In this document: piece after piece, positions 39,612 to 53,276 of the stretch
Layout: every line of letters begins with the position of its first letter
Position numbering within the stretch: position 1 is the stretch's first letter
NCBI GenBank assembly: GCA_016748015.1
Contig: JAAOMT010000607.1
Location: 744,001 to 808,000 of the forward strand
Direction: 5' to 3'
Length of the DNA: 64,000 nt
Source of the DNA: Geosiphon pyriformis uo1
Lineage: Eukaryota; Fungi; Glomeromycota
Program-made: the position numbers and the translations under genes
The notes under the pieces: model-generated
Databases searched by the model: none
What the model was told of the DNA's origin: nothing
What the model saw: the letters and a program-made list of their open reading frames with translations, nothing else

Positions 39612-42600
39612 TGTTACAGATAATTATTTGGAGTTTCAAATCAAATAACAAATCCATAACTTGGTGCTCAATTGATAAGGTGGTTGGTAATACCTGAAGG
39701 TGTTGTTTTATCTGAAGGTTTTATTATAGAGTTCTTTGTATAATGGACAGAAATTCAATAGTTGTCTTTCCAGTCACCTCCTAGAATTGCAATTCTGTCG
39801 AATTTTTTTCTCAGTGTGGTGGCCAGTAATCTTGGCAGAGATGCCCTTCTGGTAAGCTATTCTTAAATTTTCAATTCTTATATCTTTTTTTTGGGGTTTT
39901 TTATCAAGTTATCCATGACATTAATAACTCAGTGCTTAATCTTCAAGTAATTAGTAAAACAAAGAAATAATAAAAAATAAAAAAAATAAGCCAAGACAAT
40001 AAATATTAGTATTCCATCAATAGCTGTGATCAAGAACTATTGTTCTAGTGTGATTAAGTATCAATTACTATCAACATAAAGTGTTGATAGTAGAGAGTAG
40101 AATTAAGATAGAGAATAATTATTTATTGATATTTGTGAATTGGAAGGTCACTTAAATGAAATATAAACTGAGAAGTCTCTAACTAAAAGATTCTGTTTTG
40201 TAATTTTAAATAATTATGATTTGCAAGTCTAATTGATTCTATGAGTCTAATTGATTTCACGAATCAATTAACTCTGAGTTCCATTGATTAATTTTCTAAC
40301 TTCTGATACTACTGCTATATATATGTATTTGAGATTCCTCAATTCCTCAATTTTTTATGTCAGAAATCCTAGAATTCCTAGAATTCTGCAATTCCTTTGA
40401 GAGGAATCCTGGAATTTTGGAATCCTGTGATTTCTCTTATGAGAATTCTGCAATTCCTGGAATTCTGGATTCCATATTTATTATGTCTACCTATAATTGG
40501 CTAATTTATATGCTAATATACTTCTTATATTTTATAAGTAATATTATTCTCTCCTTTAATATTGAGCTCTTGTGAAATCTTCTAAATTTTTCTTTGTATC
40601 AATTTTGTTGCTGTAATTTCTATTGCTATTTTTTTTTTTTTTTTTTTTTAAATCTAATTTTTATACGTAACTAGGATTTTTAATTATAATGGTCTGTTCA
40701 GAATATCTAAGTTCAAATCTTGTATTTGTATTATGTGCATGTTCAGACATAATGTTCTTATTATTATCACTGAATTGAGTTAATTCCTGCTCTATTATAA
40801 GATCTAGAAGTATGATATATTGTTTAATGTTTAAAGCAGAGTTTGAATTTGTTGTTGACAGAGTTTAAATCATCATTGTCATTAGCAAAGTTTGAATTGT
40901 TATTGTCATTAGTGGAGTTTGAATTGGAATTAAGTTCCAATTTTGATTTCCATTTGTTCTTGCTAATTGGCTCTTCTTTAAATATATAATACATGAGAGT
41001 AGATTGTAATTCAGGGCTGTCAAAAGAGTTTTAATGATTTGTTAATTGATTTTTGTACTGCTGATTCTCAAATTCCTTTTTCTTTTCTAAGTTTTTTTCA
41101 TATTGACACTTTCCCAATGCTGACTTTTGGCACAGAAGAAGGCAGTTTTCATATAAGTAAGTATGAATCTGAGTAGTTTTTTCTGGAATTCTTCCAATGA
41201 ATCTTTAAATAATCGGAGTTTTGAATTTTTAGAGATTTGACAGGTTTTATCTAAGGTAAGTTTTCTTGTCTAATAGCAGGGTTAGACTTATTGGGTTTCT
41301 AATGTTTGGGTTTTAAATGATCAAGTTGAAGTTTTAACTTTTAACAAGTTTTACTAAAGGTAAGTTTTTTTCTATACTAGTGGGGTTAAAATTTATTGGG
41401 TTTCAAATGTTCAGGTTTTAAACTATCAGGTCTTGAAGAATCGGAGTTTTAACAAGTTCTATCAAAAGTAAGTTTCTTTATATAATAGTGGGGTTGGAAT
41501 TATTAAGTTTCAAATAATTTTCAGAGTTTTTAATTTAATAAGTTTATCAAAGGTAAGTTCTTTATATGATAACAGGGTTGAGATTATTGGGTTTTGAATA
41601 AACAAAGTTTTAATTTAACGAGTTTTTTTTTTAATGAGTTTATCAATGGTAATTTTCGAATGTTCAGAGTTTTAATAATCAGGTTTTGAATGATCGGAGT
41701 TTCAATTTAATGAGTTTTTTAAAGATAATAGTAAAAATAAGGATTTTGCAAATTCTAAGTGATTTTCTCTTGTTTTCTTTTGGTCTGCCATTTTTCTGCA
41801 TGGTTGTTGCTCATTATTATCACTGAATTAAGTTAATTTCTGCTCTATTATAAGATCTAAAAGCATGATATATTGTTTGGTGTTTGAAGTGGAGTTTGAA
41901 TTTATTGTTGATGGAGTTTAAATTGTTATTGTTATTAGCAAAGTTTGAATCATTGTCATTATCAGTAGAGTTTAAATTGGGATTAAGTTCCAATTCCGAT
42001 TTCTATTTGTTCTTGCTGATTGGCTCTTCTTTGAATATATGATACATGGGAATGAATTGTGACTTAAGGCCATTAGGTAAGTTTTGATGATTTGTTGATC
42101 GATTTTGGTACTACTGATTCTTAAATTTCTTTTTTTTCTCAAAGTCTTTTTCATATTGACACTTTCTCAATGCTGACTTTTGGCACAGAAAAAGGCAGTC
42201 TTTGCACAAGTAAGTATGAATCTGAGTAGTTTTTTCTGGAATTCTTCCAATGAGTCTTTAAATAATTGGAGTTTTGAATTTCTAAAGATTTGATGGGTTT
42301 TATCTGAGGTAAGTTTCCTTGTCCAATAGCAAGATTAGACTTATTGGGTTTTTAATGTTCAAGTTTTAAATGATCGAGTTGGAGTTTTAACTTTTAATAA
42401 GTTTTACCAAAGGTAAGTTTCTTTTTATACTAGCAGAGTTGGAATTTATCAAGTTTTAAATATTCGGGTTTTGAACTATCGGGTCTTGAAGAATTGGAGT
42501 TTTAACAAGTTTTATCAAAAATAAGTTTCTTTATACAATAGCAGAGTTAGAATTATCAGGTTTTAAATAATTTTTGGAGTTTTTAATTTAACAAGTTTAT

Positions 42601-43856
42601 TGAAGGTAAGTTTTTTATACAATAGCAGAGTTGAGATTATTGGGTTTCGAATAAACGGAGTTTTAATCTAATAAGTTTTTTTTTAACAAGTTTATCAACA
42701 GTAATTTTCAAATGTTCGGGGTTTTAATGATTGGGTTTTAAATGATCAAAGATTCAATTTAACAAGTTTTTTAAAGGTAATGGTAAAAATAAGGATTTCA
42801 CGAATCTTAAGTGATTTTCTCTTGTTTTCTCTTGGTCTGCCACTTTCCTGTATGGTTGTTGCTGGTGCTAGTTTTCTGTTGGATTATACTTCACAGGGAG
42901 CATCAAATGTTACAGATGATTATTTGGGGTCTCAAATCAAATAACAAACTCATAACTTGGTGCTTAATTGATAGGGTGGTTAGTAATATCTGAAGATATT
43001 GTTTTATCTGAAGATTTTGTTATGAAGTCCTTTGTATAATAGACAGAGATTCAATGGTTGTCTTTTCAGTCACCTTCTGGAATTGCAATTCCATTAAATT
43101 TTTTTCTCAGCATAATGACTGGTAATCTTGGCAGAAATGCCCTTTTGGTAAGCTATTCTTAAATTCTCAATTCCTATACCCTTCCTTTGGGGTCTTTTAC
43201 CAGGCTATTTATGACTTCAATAACTCAGTGCTTAATCTTCAAGTAATTAGTAAAACAAAGAAATAATAGAAAATAACAGAAAATAAAAGAGATAAGTCAA
43301 GGCAATAAATATTAGTATCTTATCAATAGCCATGATCAAGAGCTATTGTTCTAGTGTGATTAAGTATTAATTACTATCAACATAAAGTGTTAATAGTAGA
43401 GAGTGGAATTAAGATAGAGAATAATTATTTATTAATATTTGTGGATTGGAAGGTTGTTTAGATGAAATCTAAACTGGGAAGTTTCTAACTAAAGAATTCT
43501 ATTTTGTAATTTTAATAATTATAATTTGCAAGTCTAATTAATTCTATGAGTCTAATTGACTCTGCAAATCAATTGACTCTAAGTTCTATTGACTAATTTT
43601 CTAACTTCTGATACTACTGCTATATATACATATTTAAGATTTCTCAATTCCTCAATTCTTTATGTTAGGAATCCTGGAATTCCTGGAATTCTGTAATTCT
43701 TTTAAGAGGAATCCTGGAATTCTGGAAATCCTGTGATTCCTCTTATGAGAATTCTGCAATTCCTCTGAGAGGAATTCTGGAATTCCACATTTACTACATC
43801 TACCTATGATTAGCTAATTTATATGCTAATATACTTCTTATATTTTATGAGTAACA
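39612..43856 (-). mobile_element. Non-autonomous LTR element (family C LTRs 43856-42908 and 40543-39612, about 2.4 kb internal region)
   Basis: Two homologous LTRs, PBS tttgatgctccctgtgaag after the 5' LTR, PPT aaaggagagaataa before the 3' LTR, TSD CTAC/CCAC (empty site ctaccacttgttgg at 63004). The internal region lacks RT and IN and is a tandem duplication of about 1.05 kb. Confidence 0.9.
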
Positions 43857-43989
43857 CCACCTGTTGGAAGAAAAACTTTCTTGAATTAATATAAGTCTCT
43901 TAGAACCTTAACAACAAAAACAATTGAAACAGCTAATAGCTGAATTTGCAAATATATTTGCAAAAGACAACAATAATCTTGGAAAAACT

Positions 43990-46560
43990 AATATTGTCCA
44001 ACATCAGATCCATACAGGAGATGCTCTATCAAAATGACAACAAGCCTATTAAGTTCTATCTACTAGCCACCAATTTATCAAAAAAGAGGTCCAAAAAATG
44101 CTCAATAACAGATTGATTTAATCATCAAAAAGTCCTTGGGTCTCATCAGTGGTTCTTGTTAAAAAGAAAAATAGAAAAATCAGATTCTGTGTAGATTATT
44201 GTTAGCTCAACAGTATAACAATTGAAGATGCATACCTTCTTCTCAAAATTAATGACATATTAGATGCTTTAGGAAAAGCCAAGTTCTTTTCAACTTTAGA
44301 ATTGGAAAATAAATACTGGCAAGTCGAAATGGATCCAAAAGATCGACCAAAAACAGCATTTACCACCCAAAAAAGAAACTATGAGTTCAATGTCATGTTT
44401 TTTGAACTCTGTAATACACCAGCAACATTTCAGCGACTCATAAATGTTGTATATAAAAAACTCTTGTGGTAATGAGTAGTTGTTTATCTGGATGACACTA
44501 ATATATATTCACTAAGCTTTAAAGCCCATTTTATTTACCTGTAAGAAGTTTTTCAATGATTATGGAAAGCAGAATTAAAGTTGAACATTAAGAAATATTA
44601 CTTTAGAAAAACAAACTTAATCTTTTTTGGACATATAGTTAACAAAGACAGAGTCAAACCAAATCCTGAAACAATTAGTGTTGTCAAAAACTTTCAAACT
44701 TCCAAAAATACTACAGAGCTACAAGGATTTATGGAATTAGTCTCTTACTATTGAAAGTTTATTAAAAAATTCTCAGAAATTGCCAAACCACTCAATTATC
44801 TCACCAATAAAAATGTGCCATATCAATGGACTGAAGAACAACAGAAAGCCTTTGACACCTTCAAAACAAAGTTAACAACAGCTTTAGTTCTTGCTTATCC
44901 AAACTTCAACAAACAGTTCCAACTAGCCACTGATGCTTCACATATAGCTTTTGGTGTTATTTTATTACAATTGAATAAAAATGGCCAGGAGCTAGTCATT
45001 GCCTATGTCAGTAGAACACTCAAGCCAACAGAACTTAAATATAACTCAACTGAATTAGAAGCTACTGCAGTCATTTGGACTCTTAAACATTTTCAACAAT
45101 ATCTGAAAAATAGAAAAAAATTTGACATCATAACTGATAATATTGGCCTTAAATGACTTAACAAAAAAAAAACTGAACAAAATACCAAACAGTCTTGATG
45201 GAATGATTTCCTAACAGACTACAAATATATTGTATACCACAAACCAGAAAAACTACACATCAATGTTAACAGTTTCTCAAGAATAAGACAAAATTAACAC
45301 CAACAGCAATCCCATTACAACTACTAACCTATTAACAAGACTAACCAAACAACAATAGATCCCAAAAATTACAACAATCTTAAAAACTATTTAGAGACTC
45401 TTACCATGCCAGAAAATTGGTTTCCAAGTAAAAAACATCGATTATAATACCAATTAAAACAATATTTCATACATTACAACAAAATCTATTACAAAAATCG
45501 CAAAAATCTAAACCAATCACTCAGATTAGTACAAGAAAGTGAAAAAAAAACAATTTTATACAACATGCACACAGATTTTTCTTTAGCATACTTGGAAAGA
45601 GATGGAACAATTTAAAAAACTCTTGAACATTACTTTTGGTTTCACATGCAAAAAAACATTTGACAATATGTAGAATCTTGTAATAGTTGTTAAAGAAAAA
45701 AAGAATTCACCCAACAAAATTTTTAAATCCAATCAAAGTTAAACAACCTTTTGACAGAGTTGGAATTGATTTAGTCAGACCATTATCTATTACAATTCAA
45801 GAAAATTGTCATATTGTAGTTGTAGTAGATTATCTTATCAAATGGCCTGAAGCTAGAGCCATCCAAAAAGCAGATGCAAAATCAGTAGCAAATTTCATCT
45901 ATGAAGACATTATTTGTAAACATAGATACTCAATTGAACTTTTATTTGATCAAGAAATTTGTAAATGATACAATGTTAAAAGACCTCTATTATCATTTTA
46001 TCACTCTCAAACAAATAGACTTGTAGAACATTTCAACAGAACATTGTGTGAATTTTTAGCCAAAGTCTCAACAGATTTTGAGCAGAAATGAGATATATTT
46101 ATTACATCAATATTATTAGCTTACAGAACACTAAAACAAGATACTATGAAACACACACTATTTGATCTTACTTATGGAAAGACAGTAATATTATCAATTA
46201 ATTTCACAGTAAAAACATATCCAGTACAACCAATCAATAAAAAAAATTTTCAAGAAACACTCCAAAGAAAAGCTTATACTTTTCTTAGTACACTGGAAGG
46301 AAAAAAATGGATAGCAGCAACTCATATTGAACACTCTTAAGCTCAACAAATTACCACTAGTTACCAATGAATTTAAAATTGGAAATAAAGTTCTCTTATA
46401 CAAAACTAAGGCTAAAAAACAATGGAGTAGAAAATTTGAAAACAAATGGGATAGACCATTTTATATCCACGAAATTCTAGGCAATGGATCATACAAGTTA
46501 AAATTTAATAACAAAATACTAGCAAAAGTTGCATATAGAGATTAATTAAAACACTATTAT
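43990..46560 (+). pseudogene. RT, RNase H and integrase of element D
   Basis: SPWVSSVVLVKKKN.KIRFCVDY, FFSTL, YLDD, FQLATDASH, HFHM...CNSC zinc-finger remnant, PFDRVGIDLV, VDYLIKWPEA, KWDRPFYI. Confidence 0.9.
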
Positions 46561-46841
46561 TTCAAAAACAATCCTGAACCATTAATTTCACAAATTGGTA
46601 CACATTCCCTTTTAGTTAATTCTGAAGATATTCTTCGAAATTTAGAACCAATAGTTATAATAAAACAACAACCAAACTTGAACACTTAATTTAACATTTT
46701 TCACAATAACTCTTTTAAATACACAAAACATAAAACAAAAATAGTAAATAATTACAAAAAACATTCAAACCCAAAAACAAATAAAAAACCCTATATCCAA
46801 AATAATTTTCATTATTTTTTTAGTTAGTCATTTTTTTTATC

Positions 46842-47549
46842 ATGATTATTTTCCAAAATATCCAACAAATATTCCAAAAATTAATGTTAGCTTTAAAAAC
46901 ACTTCCTAACTTATTTATAATGATTAATAGAAGTTAAATTAATTACATTTAGAAAGAAACCACAGTCCCAATAGTAAATAATTCTCAGAATTATTATCTC
47001 TATAGAAGAAAAACAAAAAGTTACTCTGGAAATCAATTACCAAAACTTTTGAAACAAGCACTAAAAAAAAATCTTTTATTTGCCCCTATTAACATTTCAC
47101 CAAATGCCACAATTTAACAAAAACTTCTACTATTTCTTAATGAACAGAACAATGAACATACCCTTATCTATAAATATTTTCATATTGGAAAAACACTTTA
47201 TGAATGAAAACTGGAACTTGAAACAACCAACATCACTTCTAAAGCTATACAAAAACAAATTCACAATAAATTCAAGACAGCAGCTGGACTAATAAACACT
47301 CACTACAAATTTAGAGCAGCATTTAAACTCTATAATTTATTTAACACTTGTGAAAACGTCCTACAAAATCTAATATTTCATCCAATGAAGATTCAATACA
47401 TTGGAAAGCTTACAAAACTGAAATTTCAACAATTTTCAGACCAAATTACTTCAATTATTTTGGGCTACTATCTTAACATTACAGATAGTACTTGGACTTT
47501 GATAAAGTTCAGTTTTGAGGAGAAAATTATGTTACCAGTAGAATTTTAG
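46842..47549 (+). pseudogene. ORF3 of element D (unknown protein in the env position, about 235 aa), reading into the 3' LTR
   Basis: Single frame from ATG 46842 to TAG 47549 with four internal stops, each explicable as CAA/CAG/CGA or TGG decay. Homologous to 51547-52309. Confidence 0.65.
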
Positions 47550-48508
47550 CTAGTAATTAATATAAAATTATCCTTATAATTCCTATTATTAATTAGTATA
47601 TTATTATCATTTCAATTATTACTTATTATTTAATCAAATTATTAAATATCATTACTTAATCAATAATCCAATTTGTATTATAGAAATTAAGATGATCAAA
47701 TTACACAATATTCTGAACCATTTAATATAGTCAAAATTCGCCGAAATTAATAAAAATTGGCCGAAATAATCAATAGTTTAGTGAAATAACTTGTAGTTTG
47801 CCAAAATGTATCTTTAGTTTACCAAAATTGTAGCAAAGAGAAAAATGCAAATTCAAAAACTAGTACTACAACAAGTTGTATAAAAGAAGAGCTTTTCTCT
47901 TTAAAAAAATATATTTTCTCATAGTATTTTATCATAGCATTCTATTTTAGATATCTTAAATTGAAACAAATTATCTTTTACACATCTCAAATAAAAATTA
48001 AAATATTCAAAAACCAAATTCTTGAATTATTACATTTGAAATTCTCTCAACACAACTAACATTTTGAAATTGATTAGCTACCAATTTTAATAATCTGTTA
48101 GTGACTCCAGGTTTGGATAGAAAACGTTTCCCTTGACAGAATTCTATTTCTTTTACATTTTTTTTATTTTTATTTTTATTTTTATTTTCTTATTATAATT
48201 ATTAAAATAGCTTACAAATGAGATTCCTGTAGAAGAGTTGACTTTGACAGCAAAATAACTACACATTTTTAGTAAGCTTCCAGATGAGCAATTCCTAAAA
48301 AAGAATTGATGTTCACTACAACATAACTACACAAAGTAATTGATATGGAATTGGCTATTCTATTTATAAGCCCAGCAGTTCAAATTATAGGAGATAATTT
48401 AAAGATAAATTCAGTTACTGGAGGTCCAACTACTTCCTGAAAATGTGAATTCACAGCAAATCAACATTAACAACATTCAAGAAAAAAGACCAAAAACCTC
48501 CAATAACA
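47530..48508 (+). repeat. 3' LTR of element D
   Basis: TGTTACCAG...TAACA, preceded by purine tract gaggagaaaa, followed by TSD ACAT and resumption of element A pol. Confidence 0.92.
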
Positions 48509-48799
48509 ACATTGTTGAAATACCAAGAAGAACCATTATTGAATATTTAACCACTGAAGTTGAAGACCAATCACCAAACCACATTCCAAACCTCCTACCA
48601 CTATGTGGATATGTGGACATCACATTACAAGCTATATATGGACAAAATAAATGCTATTTGCTTTAATCAAAACAATTAGAACAAATAAACTTGGGAAACT
48701 TAGACCCACTACAATATATGTAAATCAAGATGCTACTTAACAACTTCACTAATATTTTTGCAAATGAAAATGAGTTTGGCAGAACTGACATCATTTAGC

Positions 48800-51400
48800 A
48801 TCAGATTAAAACTAGAAATATCATGTCAATTAAACAAAGAACATATAAGATATTACCAGCCAGCCATAAAATCATCTGACAGAAAATTAATCAGATGCTA
48901 AACAACAAGTTAATTTAATCATCCATGAGTCTATGGTTATTACCAGTGGTACTAGTTCATAAAAAGAATGGGAAAATTTGCTTTTATGTAGATTATAGAA
49001 AACTCAACAGAATTACCTATGGAAACAGTTATCTGATCCCATAGATCCAAGAATTATTTAATGTTTTTGGTGGAAAGAAATAGTTTTTAACATTGAATTT
49101 AGATAGTAGTTACTAGCAAGTAGCCATGAATCCAGCTGACAAAAAAAAGATTGCATTCACAACAAAAAAGAGAAATTTTGAATTTAAAGTAATGCTATTT
49201 GGCTTAATGAACACTCCAGCCATATTCTAATGACTAATAGAAATTGTTTATACTAGACTACTATAGATATTAATAGTCGTATATCTGAATGACACTAATG
49301 TATTCTTAAAAACATTTGATAATCATTTTTATTATTTCCAGTAAGTGTTCGAAAGACTCAAACAGGCAAAATTAAAATTGAATGCAAACAAATGCTTCTT
49401 CAGCAAAACAGAATTAAAATTCTTGGAACATATTATGAGCAAAGACAGCATCAAAACAGATTGAGATAGTAAAGAAATTTCTAGTACCAACCAATTTGAT
49501 TAAACTATGAGCATTTTTGGGATTTGCAGATTATTATTGCCACTTCATTAGAGACTTTTCCAAACTGGCTCAACCATTTCATTAGCTTCAAACCAAGAAT
49601 ATCAAGTACAAGTAGATAAAAACCCAGCAAGAAGCTTTCAATATACTGTGGGAAAAGCTTATCTAAGCACCAGTATTGATCTATCTAAATCACAGCAAAT
49701 TATTCATCATCACTACTGATGCATCAAGTCAAACATTGAGAGCTGTACTATCTCAGAGAGGACTGGATAGAAGAGAACACCCAGTAGTATACACTAATCA
49801 CAGTTTGAGTTCAGCTGAAAAAAAATATGAAACACCAGCATTAGAACACTTAGCTATCTATTGAACAATCATTAAATGGAAGAAATACTTAAACCAGAAA
49901 TTCGAGGTGTATACTGATTACAAAGGATTGACATCAATCCAAAAGCAAAAATTCAGAGATGATTGCCACATAAGATAAAAAATAGCACTTTTATTATATA
50001 CTTATACTATACATTATAAAAAAGGAAAAAAACACAGAAATGCTGATGGTTTGTCATGAATGAAACATATCTAAAAACATTTTAAACCCAAAAAAATATA
50101 ATAAAAAGATGAATACACAAAAATACCAACAACTTTAACATTATATAAATACTAAACAGTTTAAGAAGAAATTATCTCAAAAAAAACAAAACAACATAAA
50201 ACAACAATCAAAATATTTTATCACCTATCACAATCTATTTTATCAAAAGAACCAAAAGAATTCTAAACAATTAACCAAAGTAATTACAGAACCAGAAAAA
50301 AAAACAATACTATTTAACATGCACTTAAATTTAACAGCAGGACATTTCCATAAAAAAGCAACCATAGAAAGAACCAAAAATAGATACTATTGGCCATTCA
50401 TGTATTTAGATATCATTCAATATGTTCAAAATTGTGATATTTGTCAGAAAAAAGGAAGAACAAGACTCAACAAGCCATTAAGATCAATCAAAGTAAGACA
50501 ACCATTTGATTATATTGGAATTGACTTAGTCAGACCATTAATAATAACTAGCAAAGAGAACAAATACATTGCAATAGCCATGAATTATCTTACTAAATAG
50601 CCAGAAGCAAAAGCAATTCAAAGAGCGGATGCAAAATCCGTTGCCAAATTTGTCTATTAAGATTTGATCTGTTAACACAAATATCCAAAAAAATTATTAT
50701 CTGACCAAGGAACTCATTTTGTGAATAGAACATTAACAGAACTAAGTCAAAGATTCGGAATAAAGAGACCATTATCATCATCATATTATCCACAAACCAA
50801 TAGATTAGTCAAAAGATTCCATAGAACATTGTACAAAGCAATAGTCAAGATCAGCCAAGAAAACCAGAACAAATGAGATTTATTCATACCATCAGTATTA
50901 TTTGTTTATTGGACAATAAAGCAAGATACTACACAAGCAATACTATTTGAATTAGTATACAGTAAAACAGCAATATTACCAGTTGAGATAAAGATCAATA
51001 TATATTTAATAGAACCAATAACAAAAGATAATTTCTAAGAAACATTGCTAAAAAGAACATATGACTTAATGAAAACACTAGAAAACAAATGACAAAAAAC
51101 AGCTAATAACATCCAAAAGTCACAAGAAAAACGTATAACAACCAACTACCAGATAAACCAATCAAATTCAGAATTGAAGACAAAGTACTATTATATTGTA
51201 CCAAAGCAGAAAAACAGTGGAATGAAAAGTTTGATCCAAAATGAGATAGATTATTTTACATACATGAAATTTTGGAAAATAGATCTTACAAGTTATGATT
51301 GGAAAACAGAATTCTAAAAAAAACAGCACATGAAAATCATTTAAAAATTTATCAAACAACACAAGAATTAATATCATTGGTATCACAACTAGAAGCACAA
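48800..51400 (+). pseudogene. RT, RNase H and integrase of element A
   Basis: PVVLVHKKNGKI.FYVDYRKLN, YLNDT (decayed YLDD), FIITTDASS, HLNLTAGHF...YYWP...CDICQ, PFDYIGIDLV, LSDQGTHF, YPQTN.LV.RF. Confidence 0.88.
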
Positions 51401-51546
51401 ATTCTATTAATCAGATCAGAAGATATACCACGAGATATGAAACCAATTATAATCATCAAAACATAGCTACTCACATGCTGAAACTTAGATATTATGCACA
51501 TATAAGTCTTGAGACCACAAAGAAGAAAATAATAAAAATTTCAAAT

Positions 51547-52309
51547 ATGGACCTTTTAAACAAAATTTTAAAATTATCTAAACAATTATTTGATAAAATC
51601 CAAAATTTACATTTTAAATAGAGATTATAATTAATAAAAAAGAGAAAAAATATAGAGATAAGAGAAAAAGAGAAATAGGTAAGAGTTTAACTAAAACTAA
51701 TTATTCCCATTCTTACACTTCACCCAAAAAAAAAATTTTACAAAAAGAAATTAAATATACTTCTCAGGTAAGACATAGAGAAAAAGGAGGAGAAAAGGAA
51801 AAAAAGTGGGAAAATTAGATAGAAGACAAAAACAATTATATACAATATACTTGGCCTTTGAGCTAGAAAAAATTAAAAAATCTTTAACTTGTGGGACCAA
51901 ACTCTCTGAAACAGGAGAGTGAACACCAAACAATGCCCAAAAGTGAAAAGAAAGACTTCTTTCAACATATTGGTTTTACAAAATTAGAGAACAACTAGAC
52001 TTAAAAAACCCATATGAAGACTACAATTAGAAAACTTTCAACAAAGAAGCAATGTGACAAGTAGAAGAATTCATAGAAAGGAGCAATCTAACATTATACT
52101 ACAAAACAGTATGTTAATTATACATTGCTTTCTAATATTGTCTAAATGTACTATTGAATGAATCTTTGAAAAAGATAACAGTTAACAACATAGAACAAAT
52201 GACTAATTAACAGTTCAAAGATCTACAAAAAACTATAATTAACATAATCATCGAAAATTACATGAATAAAGTTTTATTAACAAACATAATTGATTTTGCA
52301 GAAGATTAA
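51547..52309 (+). pseudogene. ORF3 of element A (homolog of element D ORF3)
   Basis: Decayed frame YWFYKIREQL...YYKTVC*LYIAF*YCLNVLLN...ITVNNIEQMTN*QFKDL aligns by eye with D ORF3. At least one frameshift. Confidence 0.55.
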
Positions 52310-52330
52310 TATTAAAAAAAGAGAAGATAA

Positions 52331-53276
52331 TATTACTTGAAAAAAGAAAGCCAATCAAAAAAAGAAGAAAAAATGTGACTTAAAAAAATGTGACAAAATG
52401 TAAAAGAACACAGAATAATATACAATAATATTGAATAATACATTATAACATAGGATAACATATTATAATACAAGATAACACAAAATAATGCATTATAATA
52501 TAGAATAACATGTTATAATGCAGGATAATACAGAATAATGTGTAATAACATCAAATAACATATTATAACATAGGATAATTAATTATAATATAAGAAAACA
52601 AAGCAATAGCTAACAAAAACAAACAATCCAAAGCAATCCTGTAAAACTAAAAAATATATATATATATAGTAATAGCATTAAAAGCAGAAAGAAGAGAATT
52701 TCCAGACAGAAATTTATTAGTTACTATTTCTAGTTAAAAACATATCATTCCAAAATATTAATAAATATACTTATTCAGCATCTCAAATCTAATTGCTTAC
52801 TATCAAGCTCTAAATGTTGATAGTAATTGATACTTAAACCACACAGAAATAATAGCTCTTAATCATGGCTATTAATGAAATACTAACTTGTATTGTTTTG
52901 GCTTAATTTTTTTTATTTATTTTTTTATTTTATTGTATCTTATTGGTGGTTTATTAAACTTTTAAGGATTAAGTGCTGAGTTATTGATGTCAAAGATTGT
53001 CTGATAAAAGACTCCTGCAAGTGGGTAGAACGCATAAGAATTACAGATTGCTTATCAGAGGATTGCTGGCCATCAAGCTGAAAAAAAATTGATAGAATTG
53101 CAATTCCAGAAAGCTATAGATAAAATAACATGGGAATCTCTGTTTATTATACAAAAAACTCAATCAAAAACCTTCAGAATGCAAAAATATTCAGATCACT
53201 ACTATTCCATATCCATTAAGCATCAAGTTATAGGTTTGTTATTTACTTTAACTACCTAAAATAATCATCTATAACA
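52331..53276 (+). repeat. 3' LTR of element A
   Basis: TATTAC (decayed TGTTAC)...ATAACA, preceded by PPT aaaaaaagagaaga; co-linear with 26184-27127. Confidence 0.9.

Larger units (their letters stand above)
32415..48508 (+). mobile_element. Ty3/Gypsy LTR retrotransposon family D, complete but decayed, nested in element A
   Basis: LTRs 32415-34408 (split by a C solo LTR) and 47530-48508; TSD ACGT/ACAT; PBS 34409. Gag about 35440-36900 (CYYCEIPRHWKQDC), protease LDSGS 37520, dUTPase 38802-39200, RT (YLDD about 44485), RNase H ATDASH 44926, integrase 45565-46500, ORF3 46842-47549. Confidence 0.92.
26184..53276 (+). mobile_element. Ty3/Gypsy LTR retrotransposon family A (gag-PR-Cys domain-dUTPase-RT-RH-IN-ORF3), split by nested insertions at 30449-31227 and 32415-48508
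   Basis: LTR pair 26184-27127 and 52331-53276; PBS 27128-27146. Gag core from ATG 28093 (AYTPITKLEKFTG), CCHC about 28837, protease LNSGSA about 29525, dUTPase 31756-32154, RT about 48800-49480, RNase H TTDASS 49710, integrase HLNLTAGHF...CDICQ...IGIDLV 50319-51200, PPT before 52331. Flanks (ACTC / ATAG) do not form a TSD. Confidence 0.85.

Noticed and set aside
46330-46690. Chromodomain at the integrase C-terminus, or an env gene after it
   Set aside because: Only a GPF/Y-type tail (KWDRPFYI) is visible, with no aromatic-cage motif. ORF3 lacks clear env hallmarks.
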